Below, one piece after another: positions 8,093-18,921 of a stretch of 64,000 bases of DNA. The notes beneath the pieces are model-generated. The model was not told the origin of the DNA, did not search any database, and saw only the letters and a program-made list of their open reading frames with translations. The stretch spans positions 1-64,000 of the forward strand of contig JAQUKH010000009.1 in NCBI GenBank assembly GCA_028719205.1. The letters run 5' to 3'. Numbering within the stretch: position 1 is the first letter of the stretch; the number at the start of each line of letters is the position of its first letter. A program made the translations under genes and the position numbers. Source of the stretch: a bacterium. Lineage in GTDB: Bacteria > JACRDZ01 > JAQUKH01.

Positions 8093-8665
8093 TTATTTTA
8101 TTGAAATTACTTCGATGATATCTTTAGCGAATGTTTCAGAGGCCAGCGGGCCGTTAGCAGTAATGATATTCCCGTCAATTTCCACTAATGAACCGATGTA
8201 TTTTCCGCCATATTCCGTAATTTTATTTTTAGCTGTTCCAAAACACGTCGCGCGTTTATCTTTTAAAACCCCGGCTTTAGCGAGGATTACCGGCGCAAGG
8301 CATATAGCACCTAATATCTTATTTTGTTTTATTGCTTCCTGAACGATTTTATGGGCCGTTTTATTGTCCCAATATCCCTGCGCCCCGACGCCTCCAATAA
8401 AAATAACAGCATCAAATTCGTTAACTTTTACGTTTTCAATAAGTATATCAGGTTTTACCTCAAGGCCCATCATACCTTTACTTATGTTTAAACTGGAAGA
8501 CGCGACAGTAATTTTTACACCGGCTTTTTCAAATAATTCTCTTGGTTTTTGATATTCTTCATCCCGGAAATCGGATGGTGCGATAATAATTAAAATTTTT
8601 TTGTTTTCCGCAAAGACAAAACCTGAAATTGCTAAAACAATAAAAAATACAATGTATTTTTTCAT
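8093..8665 (-). CDS. DJ-1/PfpI family protein with signal peptide
   Basis: 'DFRDEEY', 'FIGGVG', 'GAICLAP', 'IITANGP'. Start moved to MKKYIVFF at 8665. Confidence 0.88.
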   Translation of the reverse strand: MKKYIVFFIVLAISGFVFAENKKILIIIAPSDFRDEEYQKPRELFEKAGVKITVASSSLNISKGMMGLEVKPDILIENVKVNEFDAVIFIGGVGAQGYWDNKTAHKIVQEAIKQNKILGAICLAPVILAKAGVLKDKRATCFGTAKNKITEYGGKYIGSLVEIDGNIITANGPLASETFAKDIIEVISIK

Positions 8666-8670
8666 GTTTT

Positions 8671-9600
8671 TTAAAATGTTCCTTTTAAAATCCCGTTTTT
8701 TGTCCCCACCCAAAGGGTATTGCCTTGAATAGCTAAGGAGAGTACATGGGAAATTTCTTCAGGGGCCACCTTACTCCATGTTTCCCCGTCAAATTTACTA
8801 AGTCCCTGAGATGTTCCCACGTAAAGAATATTATTACTCAATACCAAAGCTAGAATATCATTACCCTGAAGCTCAGAAGTCTTGGACGTAGTGTATTTTA
8901 CCCATGTGTCTTTTGCGATATCTAACCTGTTGAGGCCATTGGCAGTTCCAGCCCATAAAAATTTACCGTCGGTAGCAACGGATTTTACGATATTGTTTGT
9001 TATATCTGGAGTGGTATAGGTTTTAACCGGAGAACCATTATAAAGTTTTCCAAGCCCGCTTTCTGTTCCTACCCACATATTTTGCTGATCAGAAGCAATA
9101 GAACTTATTTGATTTCCAGGGATATTGTTAAAAGTTCCAACTATATTACCTTGCGAATCTAACCGAAAAAGCCCGTTATTTGACCCTAACCAAAGGTTCC
9201 CATTTTGATAATATAAAGACTCGACAAGTACATCTCCTATTGAATCTACTCTCTTCCATGAGGTGGAGTCAAAAAAATACAAACCTCTGGATGATCCTGC
9301 CCAAATACCGGTGTCTCCTTGAGCTAAAGAATATATATTATTACTGCCAAGGCCATTTTTTGTAGTATAAGAAGTCCACTCATTATAATCAAACACATTA
9401 ACCCCGTTATCAGTGCCTGCCCAGAGTTTATTATCAGAAGTTACAATAACGTTAAAAACATTGCTGCTTGGGTTATCGTTATTTATCCAGTAAGATGTCC
9501 AATTTTTTTCGTCTTGATATTCCAGCGGGCTGAGAATGCAGCTGCAAAATAGCAATAAAAATACGGTTGTAAAAAATCTAAACAAAAATTTTATTTTCAT
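8671..9600 (-). CDS. Beta-propeller lipoprotein (two-component regulator propeller-like repeats)
   Basis: Seven 'LWxGTxxGL' blades; N-terminal signal with Cys. Confidence 0.8.
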   Translation of the reverse strand: MKIKFLFRFFTTVFLLLFCSCILSPLEYQDEKNWTSYWINNDNPSSNVFNVIVTSDNKLWAGTDNGVNVFDYNEWTSYTTKNGLGSNNIYSLAQGDTGIWAGSSRGLYFFDSTSWKRVDSIGDVLVESLYYQNGNLWLGSNNGLFRLDSQGNIVGTFNNIPGNQISSIASDQQNMWVGTESGLGKLYNGSPVKTYTTPDITNNIVKSVATDGKFLWAGTANGLNRLDIAKDTWVKYTTSKTSELQGNDILALVLSNNILYVGTSQGLSKFDGETWSKVAPEEISHVLSLAIQGNTLWVGTKNGILKGTF

Positions 9601-10994
9601 CTTGCTCCATATTGAGTTAAAACTACAATTATCGTTTTTAAAAGAATTTTAACATCAAGCACAAACGAATGGTTACGGATATAAAAAAGATCGTATTTAG
9701 CTTTTTCATGTATAGTTAAATGATATCGCCCGTTAACTTGCGCTAATCCCGTGATCCCCGGTTTAACCAGAAGCCTTTCATCCTGGAGCTCCGTGTGTTT
9801 TTGAATAAAGAACTCTCTTTCAGGCCTCGGCCCGACTAAGCTCATATCGCCTTTAAGAATGCACCAGAGTTGAGGTATCTCGTCCAGGCTGGTCTTTCTT
9901 AATATATTTCCTAAGCGGGTTATGCGGTTATCATTTTCCTGAGCCCATACAGGGCCGGTGTGTTTTTCAGCATCTTCCATCATTGACCGGAATTTATAGA
10001 GGTTAAAAGGAATACCTCTTTTTCCTATACGTTCCTGTTTGAAAAATATTTTCCCGGGGCTGTCGAGCTTGATCAGTATCATGATGATTAAAGCCGGTAC
10101 AGTAAATATCAGCAGGGCGATCAGAGAAACAACTACATCCGTTGTTCTTTTTAGTATTTTAGACCAGCCGTAGATAGGCTCGCCGGCTAATTCGATCAAT
10201 GGAATCTCTTCCACATTCCGTATTTTAACTTTTCCGATAACTACTTCCAAAAAGTCAGGGACTATTTTAAGAGTGGTATTGGTATCTTTTAATTGTAATA
10301 ATAATTCGTATATAGCCTTATGCGATGTGGGAGGGATTGAGATTATTATCTCTTCGATCGATTCGGATACTATAATATTTTTTAAATTTCCGTCATTCCC
10401 CAGTACTTTTAATTCATGTATCTCTTTATTTAATTTTTCGGGATCATTATCTATGAACCCGATTACTTTATAACCCAGTTTCGGGAAATTTTTAAGCTCT
10501 TCCGCGATCCTTATCCCTGTTTCACCCGCGCCGATAATTAATGTGCGGCATAAAAACATACCTTTTTCTCTGCTGTTTAACCTGTATTGTATTATAATAA
10601 ACCGTAATATTGACAGATAAAGAAGGTTTGTTAACCATGTATATACAACTGTTAATCTCCAATCGTATAATGTTTTAGAAAGAAATGTTCCGATCGTCAG
10701 GATTATTATTGCGGTTGATACACTTTTAACAATTAGATGAAATTCGGATATTTTAGAAAGTCCCCTGCGCAGATCATACATTCCCATAATACTGAAAACA
10801 AAAATCCATAAAAAATTAATTGAGATTAATATCGGAATGTTGGTAAATATTATGGGAGGAGGGGGAATATATTTTACAGGAACCAGATTAGCCCTGAAAC
10901 TGATCCAATATGCAGTTGAAAAAGCAAGGTTTATCCCTATAATATCAAGCAATATATTAAGGCCGGTAAAAACTAATTCATTTTTCTTTTTCAT
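9597..10994 (-). CDS. Polyprenyl-phosphate sugar-1-phosphate transferase (WcaJ/WbaP family)
   Basis: 4 TM + 'LIIGAG' CoA-binding-like domain + 'KFRSM...DNRITRLG...SLDEIPQ...GDMSLVGPRPE'. Confidence 0.93.
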   Translation of the reverse strand: MKKKNELVFTGLNILLDIIGINLAFSTAYWISFRANLVPVKYIPPPPIIFTNIPILISINFLWIFVFSIMGMYDLRRGLSKISEFHLIVKSVSTAIIILTIGTFLSKTLYDWRLTVVYTWLTNLLYLSILRFIIIQYRLNSREKGMFLCRTLIIGAGETGIRIAEELKNFPKLGYKVIGFIDNDPEKLNKEIHELKVLGNDGNLKNIIVSESIEEIIISIPPTSHKAIYELLLQLKDTNTTLKIVPDFLEVVIGKVKIRNVEEIPLIELAGEPIYGWSKILKRTTDVVVSLIALLIFTVPALIIMILIKLDSPGKIFFKQERIGKRGIPFNLYKFRSMMEDAEKHTGPVWAQENDNRITRLGNILRKTSLDEIPQLWCILKGDMSLVGPRPEREFFIQKHTELQDERLLVKPGITGLAQVNGRYHLTIHEKAKYDLFYIRNHSFVLDVKILLKTIIVVLTQYGAR

Positions 10995-11190
10995 CGCTGA
11001 ATAATTCTAACATAATTTAGAAAAATTTCACTAGTATTTTTTTATCAGCATAATGGTATATCCATTGAGGTATATAAAATGCCCGTTCAACTAATTATTT
11101 TGCTGCTCAATATTAATGTTTTTGTGTTTATCAGCTTTTACGTGTTAGAATCTTAAAAAATAAAATAGGAATTTTTTTGGGAGTAATTAT

Positions 11191-11547
11191 ATGATGAACG
11201 ATTATACTGGAGTTCTTATTTTCTTAATAATAGCCATAGGTTTTGTGGCTATTATGTTTTCTGTAAGTTATGTTTTACGCCCGAGTAAACCCGATTTGAA
11301 AAAACTCCTGCCTTATGAATGTGGAAATATAGTTAACGAAGATGCCCGCGGACTTGTTTCAGTCAAATACTATCTAATAGCTATTATCTTTGTTCTTTTT
11401 GATGTAGAAACTGCTTTTATGTTTCCCTGGGCAGTTGTCTTCAGAGATTTTGGAATGTTTGGTTTAATTGAAATGGCTATATTCCTTTTAATTATTTTAA
11501 TCGGCTTTTGTTATGCATGGAAGAAAGGTGCTTTAGAATGGGATTAA
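11191..11547 (+). CDS. nuoA: NADH:quinone oxidoreductase subunit A
   Basis: 'PYECG', 'FVLFDVE', 'KKGALEW'. Confidence 0.96.
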   Translation: MMNDYTGVLIFLIIAIGFVAIMFSVSYVLRPSKPDLKKLLPYECGNIVNEDARGLVSVKYYLIAIIFVLFDVETAFMFPWAVVFRDFGMFGLIEMAIFLLIILIGFCYAWKKGALEWD

Positions 11548-12017
11548 TAGAAAATAAATTTGAAAAAAATATTTTAATTACTTCTGTTGATAAATTATTT
11601 AATTGGGCGCGCACGCGCTCTTTATGGCCGATGACGTTCGGATTGGCCTGCTGCGCGATCGAGATGATGGCTGCGGGAGGCGACCATTATGATCTGGATA
11701 GGTTTGGTATGGGAGTGTTTCGGGCTACTCCGAGGCAGGCGGACGTTATGATCGTGGCTGGGACGGTTACAAAAAAAATGGCGCCTATCGTCAGGCATCT
11801 TTATGACCAGATGCCTGAGCCAAAATATGTGATCGCTATGGGAAACTGCGCCATAAGCGGTGGTATTTTTAAAACATATAGTGTTGTGCAGGGAGTTGAG
11901 AAGATTATTCCGGTAGATGTTTATATACCGGGGTGCCCGCCGCGGCCGGAGGCTTTATTTTATGGCCTGTTTAAACTTCAAAAAAAGATTGAAAAAGAAA
12001 CAATCGCGAAAAAATAG
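11538..12017 (+). CDS. nuoB: NADH:quinone oxidoreductase subunit B (N2 cluster)
   Basis: 'GLACCAIEM', 'PRQAD', '[12 protein letters not shown]'. ATG at 11538. Confidence 0.97.
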   Translation: MGLIENKFEKNILITSVDKLFNWARTRSLWPMTFGLACCAIEMMAAGGDHYDLDRFGMGVFRATPRQADVMIVAGTVTKKMAPIVRHLYDQMPEPKYVIAMGNCAISGGIFKTYSVVQGVEKIIPVDVYIPGCPPRPEALFYGLFKLQKKIEKETIAKK

Positions 12018-12020
12018 ATT

Positions 12021-12491
12021 ATGGATATACAAAAGGATGTTGTAGAAAAAATAAAAGAGCGTTTCCCTGATGCGGTGAAAGATGTTTCTTCTTTCCGTGA
12101 CCAGCAGACAATAGTGGTAGATAAGAAATTTATTATTGATGTCTGTAAGTTTTTGAAAGAAACGCAGGAATTAGATTTTAGTTATTTGGTTGATTTAACG
12201 GCGGTTGATTTTCCTGAAAGAGATGCCCGGTTTAAAATGGTTTATAATTTATATTCAATATCTCAATCTAAAAGAATATTTATAAATGTGAATGTTGATT
12301 TGGATGATTTGGTTGTTCCTTCTCTTACCTGTTTATGGGAATCCGCTAATTGGGCAGAACGTGAAGCCTATGATATGTTTGGAATAAAATTTTCAGGGCA
12401 TCCGAATCTAAAAAGGCTTTTTATGCCGGAAGATTTTGAAGGATTTCCTTTGCGTAAAGATTTTTTATTGGATGGGGAGGGCTTAGAATAA
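12021..12491 (+). CDS. nuoC: NADH:quinone oxidoreductase subunit C
   Basis: 'ANWAEREAYDMFGI.F.GHP.L.R...PLRKDF'. Confidence 0.96.
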   Translation: MDIQKDVVEKIKERFPDAVKDVSSFRDQQTIVVDKKFIIDVCKFLKETQELDFSYLVDLTAVDFPERDARFKMVYNLYSISQSKRIFINVNVDLDDLVVPSLTCLWESANWAEREAYDMFGIKFSGHPNLKRLFMPEDFEGFPLRKDFLLDGEGLE

Positions 12492-12492
12492 G

Positions 12493-13665
12493 ATGTTTCA
12501 GCAAAACGAGATGACTATAGAGATGGGCCCCCAGCATCCCAGTACGCATGGTGTGTTGAGGCTTACCTTGCGTATAAGAGGCGAAACTGTTATTAATGTG
12601 GATCCGACGGTAGGCTATCTGCATAGGGGAATAGAGAAGATCGCTGAAAATTTGATGTATACGCAGTTTCAACCTTATACGGACAGGCTGGATTATATTT
12701 CCGCTCCGGCTAACAATTTAGCTTATGTTCAAACGGTTGAAAAATTATTGGGCGTTGACGTTACTCCCAGGGCCAAATTTATACGGGTTATTCTAGCGGA
12801 ATTAGCAAGGATCTCCAGCCATTTAGTATGGTTAGCTACTCATGGGCTTGATCTTGGCGCTATGAGTATGTTCCTTTATTGTTTCCGTGAGAGAGAATTA
12901 ATTATGGACCTTCTTGAGCTTTATTGCGGCTCAAGATTAACAACTACCTGTATGGAAATCGGCGGTGTCCGGGGTGATATCAGCCAGGAATTTATAGACA
13001 AACTTAATGATTTTATAAAGATGTTCCCTGATAAGATCCAGGATTATGAAACTCTACTGACAAAAAACAGGATCTGGTTGAAACGGACAAAAGGTATTGG
13101 AATAGTTTCAGCCGAACAGGCAATTAATTTTGGATTAACCGGGCCGACATTGCGTGGTTCAGGTGTCAAATACGATGTCCGGAAGGCACAGCCTTACGCG
13201 GCATATGACCAAATTGATTTTGAAGTTCCAATAGGTACGGTAGGGGATGTGTATGATAGATATCTTGTCAGAATGGAAGAAATGCGGCAGAGCACTAAAA
13301 TTATCCGGCAGGCATTAGAAAAATTACCGGAGGGATCAGTTAGAGTTCAGGATTCCAGGATCACCAGGCCTGACAAAGCTTTGCTTGCCACCAGTATGGA
13401 AGCTCTTATTCAATATTGTTATTTGATCATGGAAGGAATTATTCCACCCAAAGGAGAAGTTTATTCAAGTGTTGAAGGGTCTAAGGGAGAATTAGGTTTT
13501 TATATTTACAGTGACGGGACGTCTAAACCATATCGTTTAAAAATAAGGACTCCTTCATTTTATAATGTTGGAATTTTGCCCTCTATGGCTAAAGGGGCTT
13601 TCCTGGCTGACATGACGGCGTTTATTGCAAGTATTGATATAGTATTGGGTGAAATAGACAGATAG
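12493..13665 (+). CDS. nuoD: NADH:quinone oxidoreductase subunit D (quinone site, not a NiFe hydrogenase)
   Basis: 'GPQHPSTHGVLRL', 'GYLHRG.EK', 'DRLDY', C-terminus 'DIVLGEIDR'. No NiFe CxxC motifs. Confidence 0.97.
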   Translation: MFQQNEMTIEMGPQHPSTHGVLRLTLRIRGETVINVDPTVGYLHRGIEKIAENLMYTQFQPYTDRLDYISAPANNLAYVQTVEKLLGVDVTPRAKFIRVILAELARISSHLVWLATHGLDLGAMSMFLYCFRERELIMDLLELYCGSRLTTTCMEIGGVRGDISQEFIDKLNDFIKMFPDKIQDYETLLTKNRIWLKRTKGIGIVSAEQAINFGLTGPTLRGSGVKYDVRKAQPYAAYDQIDFEVPIGTVGDVYDRYLVRMEEMRQSTKIIRQALEKLPEGSVRVQDSRITRPDKALLATSMEALIQYCYLIMEGIIPPKGEVYSSVEGSKGELGFYIYSDGTSKPYRLKIRTPSFYNVGILPSMAKGAFLADMTAFIASIDIVLGEIDR

Positions 13666-13673
13666 GAGTTATT

Positions 13674-14627
13674 GTGGCGCTTTTACTTTTAATATTAGAA
13701 TCTCTATTGATATTTGTTTTTATACTACTTTTTTGCGTAGCTTATATAATTTTAGCTGAACGAAAAATTTTGGGGCATATGCAAGGACGTTTTGGGCCAA
13801 TGCATACAGGCTGGCACGGGATGCTGCAGCCGATCGCGGATATCCTTAAATGTTTAATTAAAGAAAATATAATGCCGACGGCGGCTGATAAGATCGTGTT
13901 TATTCTGGCCCCGGTTATGTCAATTTTGCCTGCTATTATGTGTCTGGCAGTTATTCCTTTCAGTAAAAATATCTATGCGGCCGATTTAAATATCGGGGTG
14001 CTTTATCTTCTCGCGCTGGGTTCTTTGGGTGTATACGGAGTAGCCACATGCGGTTGGGCGGGAAATAGTAAATACGGGCTTTTAGGAAGTATCCGTTCCA
14101 CGGCTCAATTAATAAGCTATGAGGTTCCCATGGGCCTGGCTGTTTTAGGGCCCGTTATGATGGCAAGGTCTTTGAATTTGATAAAAATAGTTGAAGCGCA
14201 AAAATCCTTTTGGTACATACTTATTCAACCTGTCGGATTTTTTATTTTCGTGGTATGCTCCGCGGCAGAGACTAATCGTATCCCTTTTGATTTACCTGAA
14301 GCTGAAACAGAGTTGGTCGCGGGTTTTCATGTTGAGTACAGCGGATTTAAATTTGTCGCGTTTTTTCTGGCAGAGTATATGCACATGTTTGTGACATCGG
14401 CTATGGCGGCTATCCTGTTTTTAGGCGGGTGGAAGGGGCCATTTTTCCCGGGGCCTATCTGGTTTATGATCAAGGTCTATTCATTTTTAGTACTTTATAT
14501 ATGGGCAAGAGGGACATTCCCGCGGTATCGTTATGATCAACTGATGCAGTTAGGATGGAAATTTTTGCTTCCGCTTTCTCTGGCAAATTTAGTATTAACA
14601 AGTATAGGAATAGTTATTTTTGGATAA
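13674..14627 (+). CDS. nuoH: NADH:quinone oxidoreductase subunit H
   Basis: 'ERK..G..Q.R.GP', 'AETNRIPFDLPEAETELVAGF..EY', 'PRYRYDQLM'. Confidence 0.97.
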   Translation: MALLLLILESLLIFVFILLFCVAYIILAERKILGHMQGRFGPMHTGWHGMLQPIADILKCLIKENIMPTAADKIVFILAPVMSILPAIMCLAVIPFSKNIYAADLNIGVLYLLALGSLGVYGVATCGWAGNSKYGLLGSIRSTAQLISYEVPMGLAVLGPVMMARSLNLIKIVEAQKSFWYILIQPVGFFIFVVCSAAETNRIPFDLPEAETELVAGFHVEYSGFKFVAFFLAEYMHMFVTSAMAAILFLGGWKGPFFPGPIWFMIKVYSFLVLYIWARGTFPRYRYDQLMQLGWKFLLPLSLANLVLTSIGIVIFG

Positions 14628-14630
14628 AAT

Positions 14631-15101
14631 ATGGGTAACTTTTTAGAAAAAATATTTTTATTGGAACTTTTTAAAGGGATGGGGGTAGTCTTTAAGCATG
14701 TGTTTATTAAGCCTGTTACAAGAATGTATCCTTTTGAAAAGCCGGTTTTGCCTAATTCTTCCCGCGGGCTGCATACTTTAATGCGTGACGCGGATACCGG
14801 GAATGAGCGTTGTGTCGGATGTTCATTATGCGTAAAGATATGCCCCAGCGGTGTGATCCATATGGTTACATCAAAAGGTGAAATGAATCAAAAACGGATA
14901 GATGAATATGAAATTGATATCAGCCGGTGCGCGTTTTGCGGTTTATGCGTGGATATTTGTCCTAAGAGCGCGATTGTTATGTCTGACCGTTTTGAGTTAG
15001 CTGTTTATGATAGAAAAAATTTATCATATAACAAGAATTTACTTTTAAAGATCGGTGAAGTGAAACAGAAGGAAAGTAAAGAGAAAGGAAAAGACAAATA
15101 G
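14631..15101 (+). CDS. nuoI: NADH:quinone oxidoreductase subunit I (2x[4Fe-4S])
   Basis: CVGCSLCVKICP and CAFCGLCVDICP. Confidence 0.95.
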   Translation: MGNFLEKIFLLELFKGMGVVFKHVFIKPVTRMYPFEKPVLPNSSRGLHTLMRDADTGNERCVGCSLCVKICPSGVIHMVTSKGEMNQKRIDEYEIDISRCAFCGLCVDICPKSAIVMSDRFELAVYDRKNLSYNKNLLLKIGEVKQKESKEKGKDK

Positions 15102-15616
15102 TGAAACAGGTTGTGTTTTTTATACTCTCTATTATTTCAATTTTTTCGGCATTAATGGTTATCAGCCGGAAAAACGTTGTTCACAGCGCGCTTTCTCTGG
15201 TTTTATTATTTTTCTCAACTTCAGGGCTTTTTGTTTTAATAGGGGCGGAATTGGTAGCCGCGCTGCAGATTTTTCTTTATGCCGGCGCTATAATAGTTAT
15301 CTATCTTTTTGTTATCATGATGATAGACCTGAGAAAAGGAACAACCGATGATATCGGTACAATGCCTAAGATGTTTATTGTCGGCGCGGGGGTTTTATTT
15401 TTCGCGGAAATAATTTATTTACTTTCAAAAGCAAATTACTCCGGGATCAAGGATATTTATTCCGGTGAAAAAATAAAAGAGTTAGGCGGCATGACTGGAG
15501 TTTTAGCAAAAATAATGTATACAAAATATTTATACCCGTTTGAGATAGTTTCACTGATTTTACTTATAGCCATGATCGGGGCGATCGTTTTAGCAAAAAG
15601 GGCGGATAAAAAATGA
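15101..15616 (+). CDS. nuoJ: NADH:quinone oxidoreductase subunit J
   Basis: 'QIFLYAGAI...FVIM', 'PFEIVSLILLIAMIGAI'. Confidence 0.95.
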   Translation: MKQVVFFILSIISIFSALMVISRKNVVHSALSLVLLFFSTSGLFVLIGAELVAALQIFLYAGAIIVIYLFVIMMIDLRKGTTDDIGTMPKMFIVGAGVLFFAEIIYLLSKANYSGIKDIYSGEKIKELGGMTGVLAKIMYTKYLYPFEIVSLILLIAMIGAIVLAKRADKK

Positions 15617-15915
15617 TACCTTTATATTATTATACTATTTTAAGCGCGGTTTTATTTGTGATCGGCCTTATCGGATTTTTGATAAGGAGGAATATAATTC
15701 TTTTGTTCATGAGCATTGAGGTTATGCTGAACGCGGTTAATATTAATTTAGTGTCATTTTCATCTTATTATGATTCTTTAGACGGGCAAATACTTTCAAT
15801 ATTTGTTATGGCGATAGCGGCGGCAGAAGCCGCGGTAGGATTTGGTATACTTATTGCGTTTTATCGTAATAAGAATGTAATTGACAGCGATAAGGCTGAC
15901 TTAATGAAATGGTAA
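15613..15915 (+). CDS. nuoK: NADH:quinone oxidoreductase subunit K
   Basis: 'SIEVMLNA', 'AAAEAAVG'. Confidence 0.96.
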   Translation: MIPLYYYTILSAVLFVIGLIGFLIRRNIILLFMSIEVMLNAVNINLVSFSSYYDSLDGQILSIFVMAIAAAEAAVGFGILIAFYRNKNVIDSDKADLMKW

Positions 15916-15921
15916 AAATAA

Positions 15922-17421
15922 ATGGATAAAAATAACATGATGGTCCCTATACTTATTATTTTTCCCTTGATCTGTACCGCGCTTGTAACATTTTTCGGCG
16001 AGAAAAACAAATTTACGCGTAATTTGTTCGCTATGATCCCGGCGCTGGTTACGTTTATTCTTGTAGTTAAATTAGCACCGGCGGTTTTAGACGGGGAAAG
16101 ATTCTATTTTACGTTTATAGACCGCGCGCCTTTTTTAATTCAATTCCGTATAGATTGTTTCGCGCTTTTAATGCTTATCGTTGTATCGTTTTTATGGATA
16201 TTTACTGTTTCGTACTCATATGGATATATGGCGGATGAGCATTCCCAGACACGGTATTATACCGCGTTGACCGGCTGTTTAGGAATAGTTGTCGGAATAG
16301 TTGTCGCGGCAAATTTATTTACGCTGTTTATTTTCTTTGAAATATTTACCTGTTGCGTTTATCCGTTAGTAATACATGAAGAGACCGATGAGTCATTTCG
16401 GTCCGGTGTAATGTATGGGGCTTATCTTTTAGGCGGAGGTTCTCTTATTTTCGCGGGGATGTTATTGCTATATTATTATTCAAACGGAAATTTAACATTT
16501 ACTAATTTTGGTATCCCGGGATTGGCTTTGGCGCCAAAATGGGCGCTATATCTTATGTTTTTTCTTTTCATGGCGGGTTTCGGCGTGAAGGCCGCGATCA
16601 TGCCTCTGCATGCGTGGCTCCCGCGGGCGATGGTGGCTCCAACCCCGATCAGTGCCCTTCTTCACGCGGTAGCAGTAGTAAATATGGGGCTTTACGGGGT
16701 AATAAGGGTTATTTACAATATTTTTGGGCCACAGTTATTCTCAGCCCTTCAGATGGATACCATTTTAGCCATTTTTGCCGCGATGACGATCATAAGCGCG
16801 GCGCTTATCGCTTTAAGGCAGAAGCAGATTAAGAAAATGCTGGCATATTCAACAGTTAACCAGTTGAGTTATGTTATTCTTGGTGTTTCCTCGGTGAATC
16901 CATACGCTTTTATGGGCGCGCTACTGCATATTTTTTATCACGCGCTTATGAAAATTACTTTATTTTATTCCGCTGGAACTATAATTAAACAGACCGGAAA
17001 GACTGATCTTAAGGATATGTCCGGGCTAGCCAAAAAAATGCCGATCACTTGTTTAGGTTTTACGATCGGCGCTATCGGGATAATCGGATTGCCGCCGATC
17101 GCAGGATGGATAAGTAAATGGAATATGGTTGAAGGATTTCTGAAAATTAACCAGCCTGTACTGGCGACAGTTTATATGATAAGCAGCATAATTGAATTAG
17201 GATATTTTTTACCTCCCATACTATGGGCATATTTCGGGAAAGAGATAGAATATGATCCTAAAAAATATAAAGTTGATAAACAAAAATGGGAAGCACCTGT
17301 TAACATGCTGGTCCCGATCGGCATGGTAACAATATTGTCTCTGGCTTTTGGATTATTCGGCTCGGTTCCGGTTCAGTTGTCAAAGGCTGTGGTAGCGGAA
17401 TTGCTAACAAAGACCTTTTAA
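15922..17421 (+). CDS. Extra antiporter-like subunit 1 (MrpD/NuoL-M-N family)
   Basis: TM5 'FFE', TM7 'GFGVKAA..PLHAWLP.AMVAPTPISALLHA', 'LAYSTVNQL', TM12 'GWISKW'. Confidence 0.92.
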   Translation: MDKNNMMVPILIIFPLICTALVTFFGEKNKFTRNLFAMIPALVTFILVVKLAPAVLDGERFYFTFIDRAPFLIQFRIDCFALLMLIVVSFLWIFTVSYSYGYMADEHSQTRYYTALTGCLGIVVGIVVAANLFTLFIFFEIFTCCVYPLVIHEETDESFRSGVMYGAYLLGGGSLIFAGMLLLYYYSNGNLTFTNFGIPGLALAPKWALYLMFFLFMAGFGVKAAIMPLHAWLPRAMVAPTPISALLHAVAVVNMGLYGVIRVIYNIFGPQLFSALQMDTILAIFAAMTIISAALIALRQKQIKKMLAYSTVNQLSYVILGVSSVNPYAFMGALLHIFYHALMKITLFYSAGTIIKQTGKTDLKDMSGLAKKMPITCLGFTIGAIGIIGLPPIAGWISKWNMVEGFLKINQPVLATVYMISSIIELGYFLPPILWAYFGKEIEYDPKKYKVDKQKWEAPVNMLVPIGMVTILSLAFGLFGSVPVQLSKAVVAELLTKTF

Positions 17422-17433
17422 CGAAGGGGGCGT

Positions 17434-18921
17434 ATGTTTCTGTCACCTAATTATTTACCTTTAATTGCAATTGTTGTCCCGATCATATCTATTTTGATCA
17501 GGCCGATAGTTGAGAACAAAAAGCATTATTTAGTGGCGTGCATAGCGCATTCTATAAGTTTTCTATGTGTGCTTGGAATGTATCCTTCAGTTGTCATGGA
17601 AGGAAAAACACTGGAAATTTTGTTTGACACAGGACTTGGGCCTCAATTACATTTCAGGGCTGATCTGGTCGGTTTCTATTTTGCTTTTGTCGCGTCTTTC
17701 ATGTGGGTACTGGCATCCATTTACTCTATTGAGTATATGAAAAAGGAGCATGAGGAGAGGAGATTTAATATATTTTCTTCTCTGTCTTTTGCTGGTATGC
17801 TCGGTGTTGTTTTTACCGGGAATTTATTCAGTTTATATTTGTTTTTTGAATTACTGACTGTGTCCTCATCAGTTCTTGTGTTTCATGAACAGAGCGAAGA
17901 GGCTATACGGACCGGATTAAAATATCTTTTTATGGGAGTTTTTGGCGGGCTGCTTTTGCTTTTTGCGATCATTGCTACATATTCAGTAGCGGGGCATGGA
18001 GATTTGAATAATTTAGGGATAAAGGAATTGCAGTCGTCACCGCTTTTGATGTTTATTTTCTGGGGATATATTATCGGGTTTGGTGTAAAGGCCGGAATGT
18101 GGGGTGTCCATATATGGCTTCCCAGCGCGCATCCGATCGCGCCCAGTCCCGCATCAGCTTTGCTTTCAGGCGTAATGATCAAGGCCGGGGCTTATGGGAT
18201 TTTTAGAACAGTGTATAATATTTTTGGCGCTGAATTTTTGGGCCAGAATCATGTGTTTATGATAAATTGTGTTCTGATGCTTGGGCTCGCGGGTATTTTT
18301 TACGGGTCGGCGGCGGCTATTACACAGAAAGAGCTGAAGAAAATGCTGGCTTATTCGAGCATATCACAGATAGGTTATATTATTATGGGGATAGCCCTTC
18401 TGACTAAAAATGGATTAGAGGGCGCGTTGATACATGTTTTGAACCATGCAATATTCAAAGGGCTTTTGTTCTTTTGCGCAGGGGCTTTTATATATAAAAC
18501 AGGAAAACGGCAATTAAGCGATTTAAAAGGAATTGGGAAGATAATGCCGAAAACAACATTAATGTTTACAATAGCCGCGGCGTCGATTATCGGGCTTCCG
18601 CTATTTAATGGTTTTGTCGGTAAATGGTTTTTGGCATGGGGGGCATTGGACGCGGCAAAGGCCGGAGTGTATGGAAAAAGCACAGGTATCGTTGCCTTGG
18701 GAGTTCTTCTTTTAAGCAGTTTAATGAATTTAGTATATTATGCTCCGATAGTTATCGGCGCGTGGTTTGGGGAAGCGGGAGAAGTATCTGATAAAAAGGA
18801 TCCAAATTTTTTAATGCTGATACCTATGTATATTTTGGGCGCGCTTATTTTGATCTTAGGTATTGCCCCGGCAATACCCGTAAGTATTTGTCAAAGAATT
18901 GCGGGAGGATTTTTCCAATAA
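17434..18921 (+). CDS. Extra antiporter-like subunit 2 (MrpD-like)
   Basis: 'FFE', 'GFGVKAG...HIWLPSAHPIAPSPASALLSGVMIK', 'LAYSSISQIG', 'GFVGKW'. Confidence 0.92.
   Translation: MFLSPNYLPLIAIVVPIISILIRPIVENKKHYLVACIAHSISFLCVLGMYPSVVMEGKTLEILFDTGLGPQLHFRADLVGFYFAFVASFMWVLASIYSIEYMKKEHEERRFNIFSSLSFAGMLGVVFTGNLFSLYLFFELLTVSSSVLVFHEQSEEAIRTGLKYLFMGVFGGLLLLFAIIATYSVAGHGDLNNLGIKELQSSPLLMFIFWGYIIGFGVKAGMWGVHIWLPSAHPIAPSPASALLSGVMIKAGAYGIFRTVYNIFGAEFLGQNHVFMINCVLMLGLAGIFYGSAAAITQKELKKMLAYSSISQIGYIIMGIALLTKNGLEGALIHVLNHAIFKGLLFFCAGAFIYKTGKRQLSDLKGIGKIMPKTTLMFTIAAASIIGLPLFNGFVGKWFLAWGALDAAKAGVYGKSTGIVALGVLLLSSLMNLVYYAPIVIGAWFGEAGEVSDKKDPNFLMLIPMYILGALILILGIAPAIPVSICQRIAGGFFQ

Noticed and set aside
12493-13665. 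Group 4 [NiFe]-hydrogenase (Ech/Hyf/Mbh) interpretation of the multi-antiporter operon
   Set aside because: The large subunit lacks both CxxC Ni-binding motifs and has NuoD quinone-site residues; NuoB has the tandem CC; nuoA, J and K are present.
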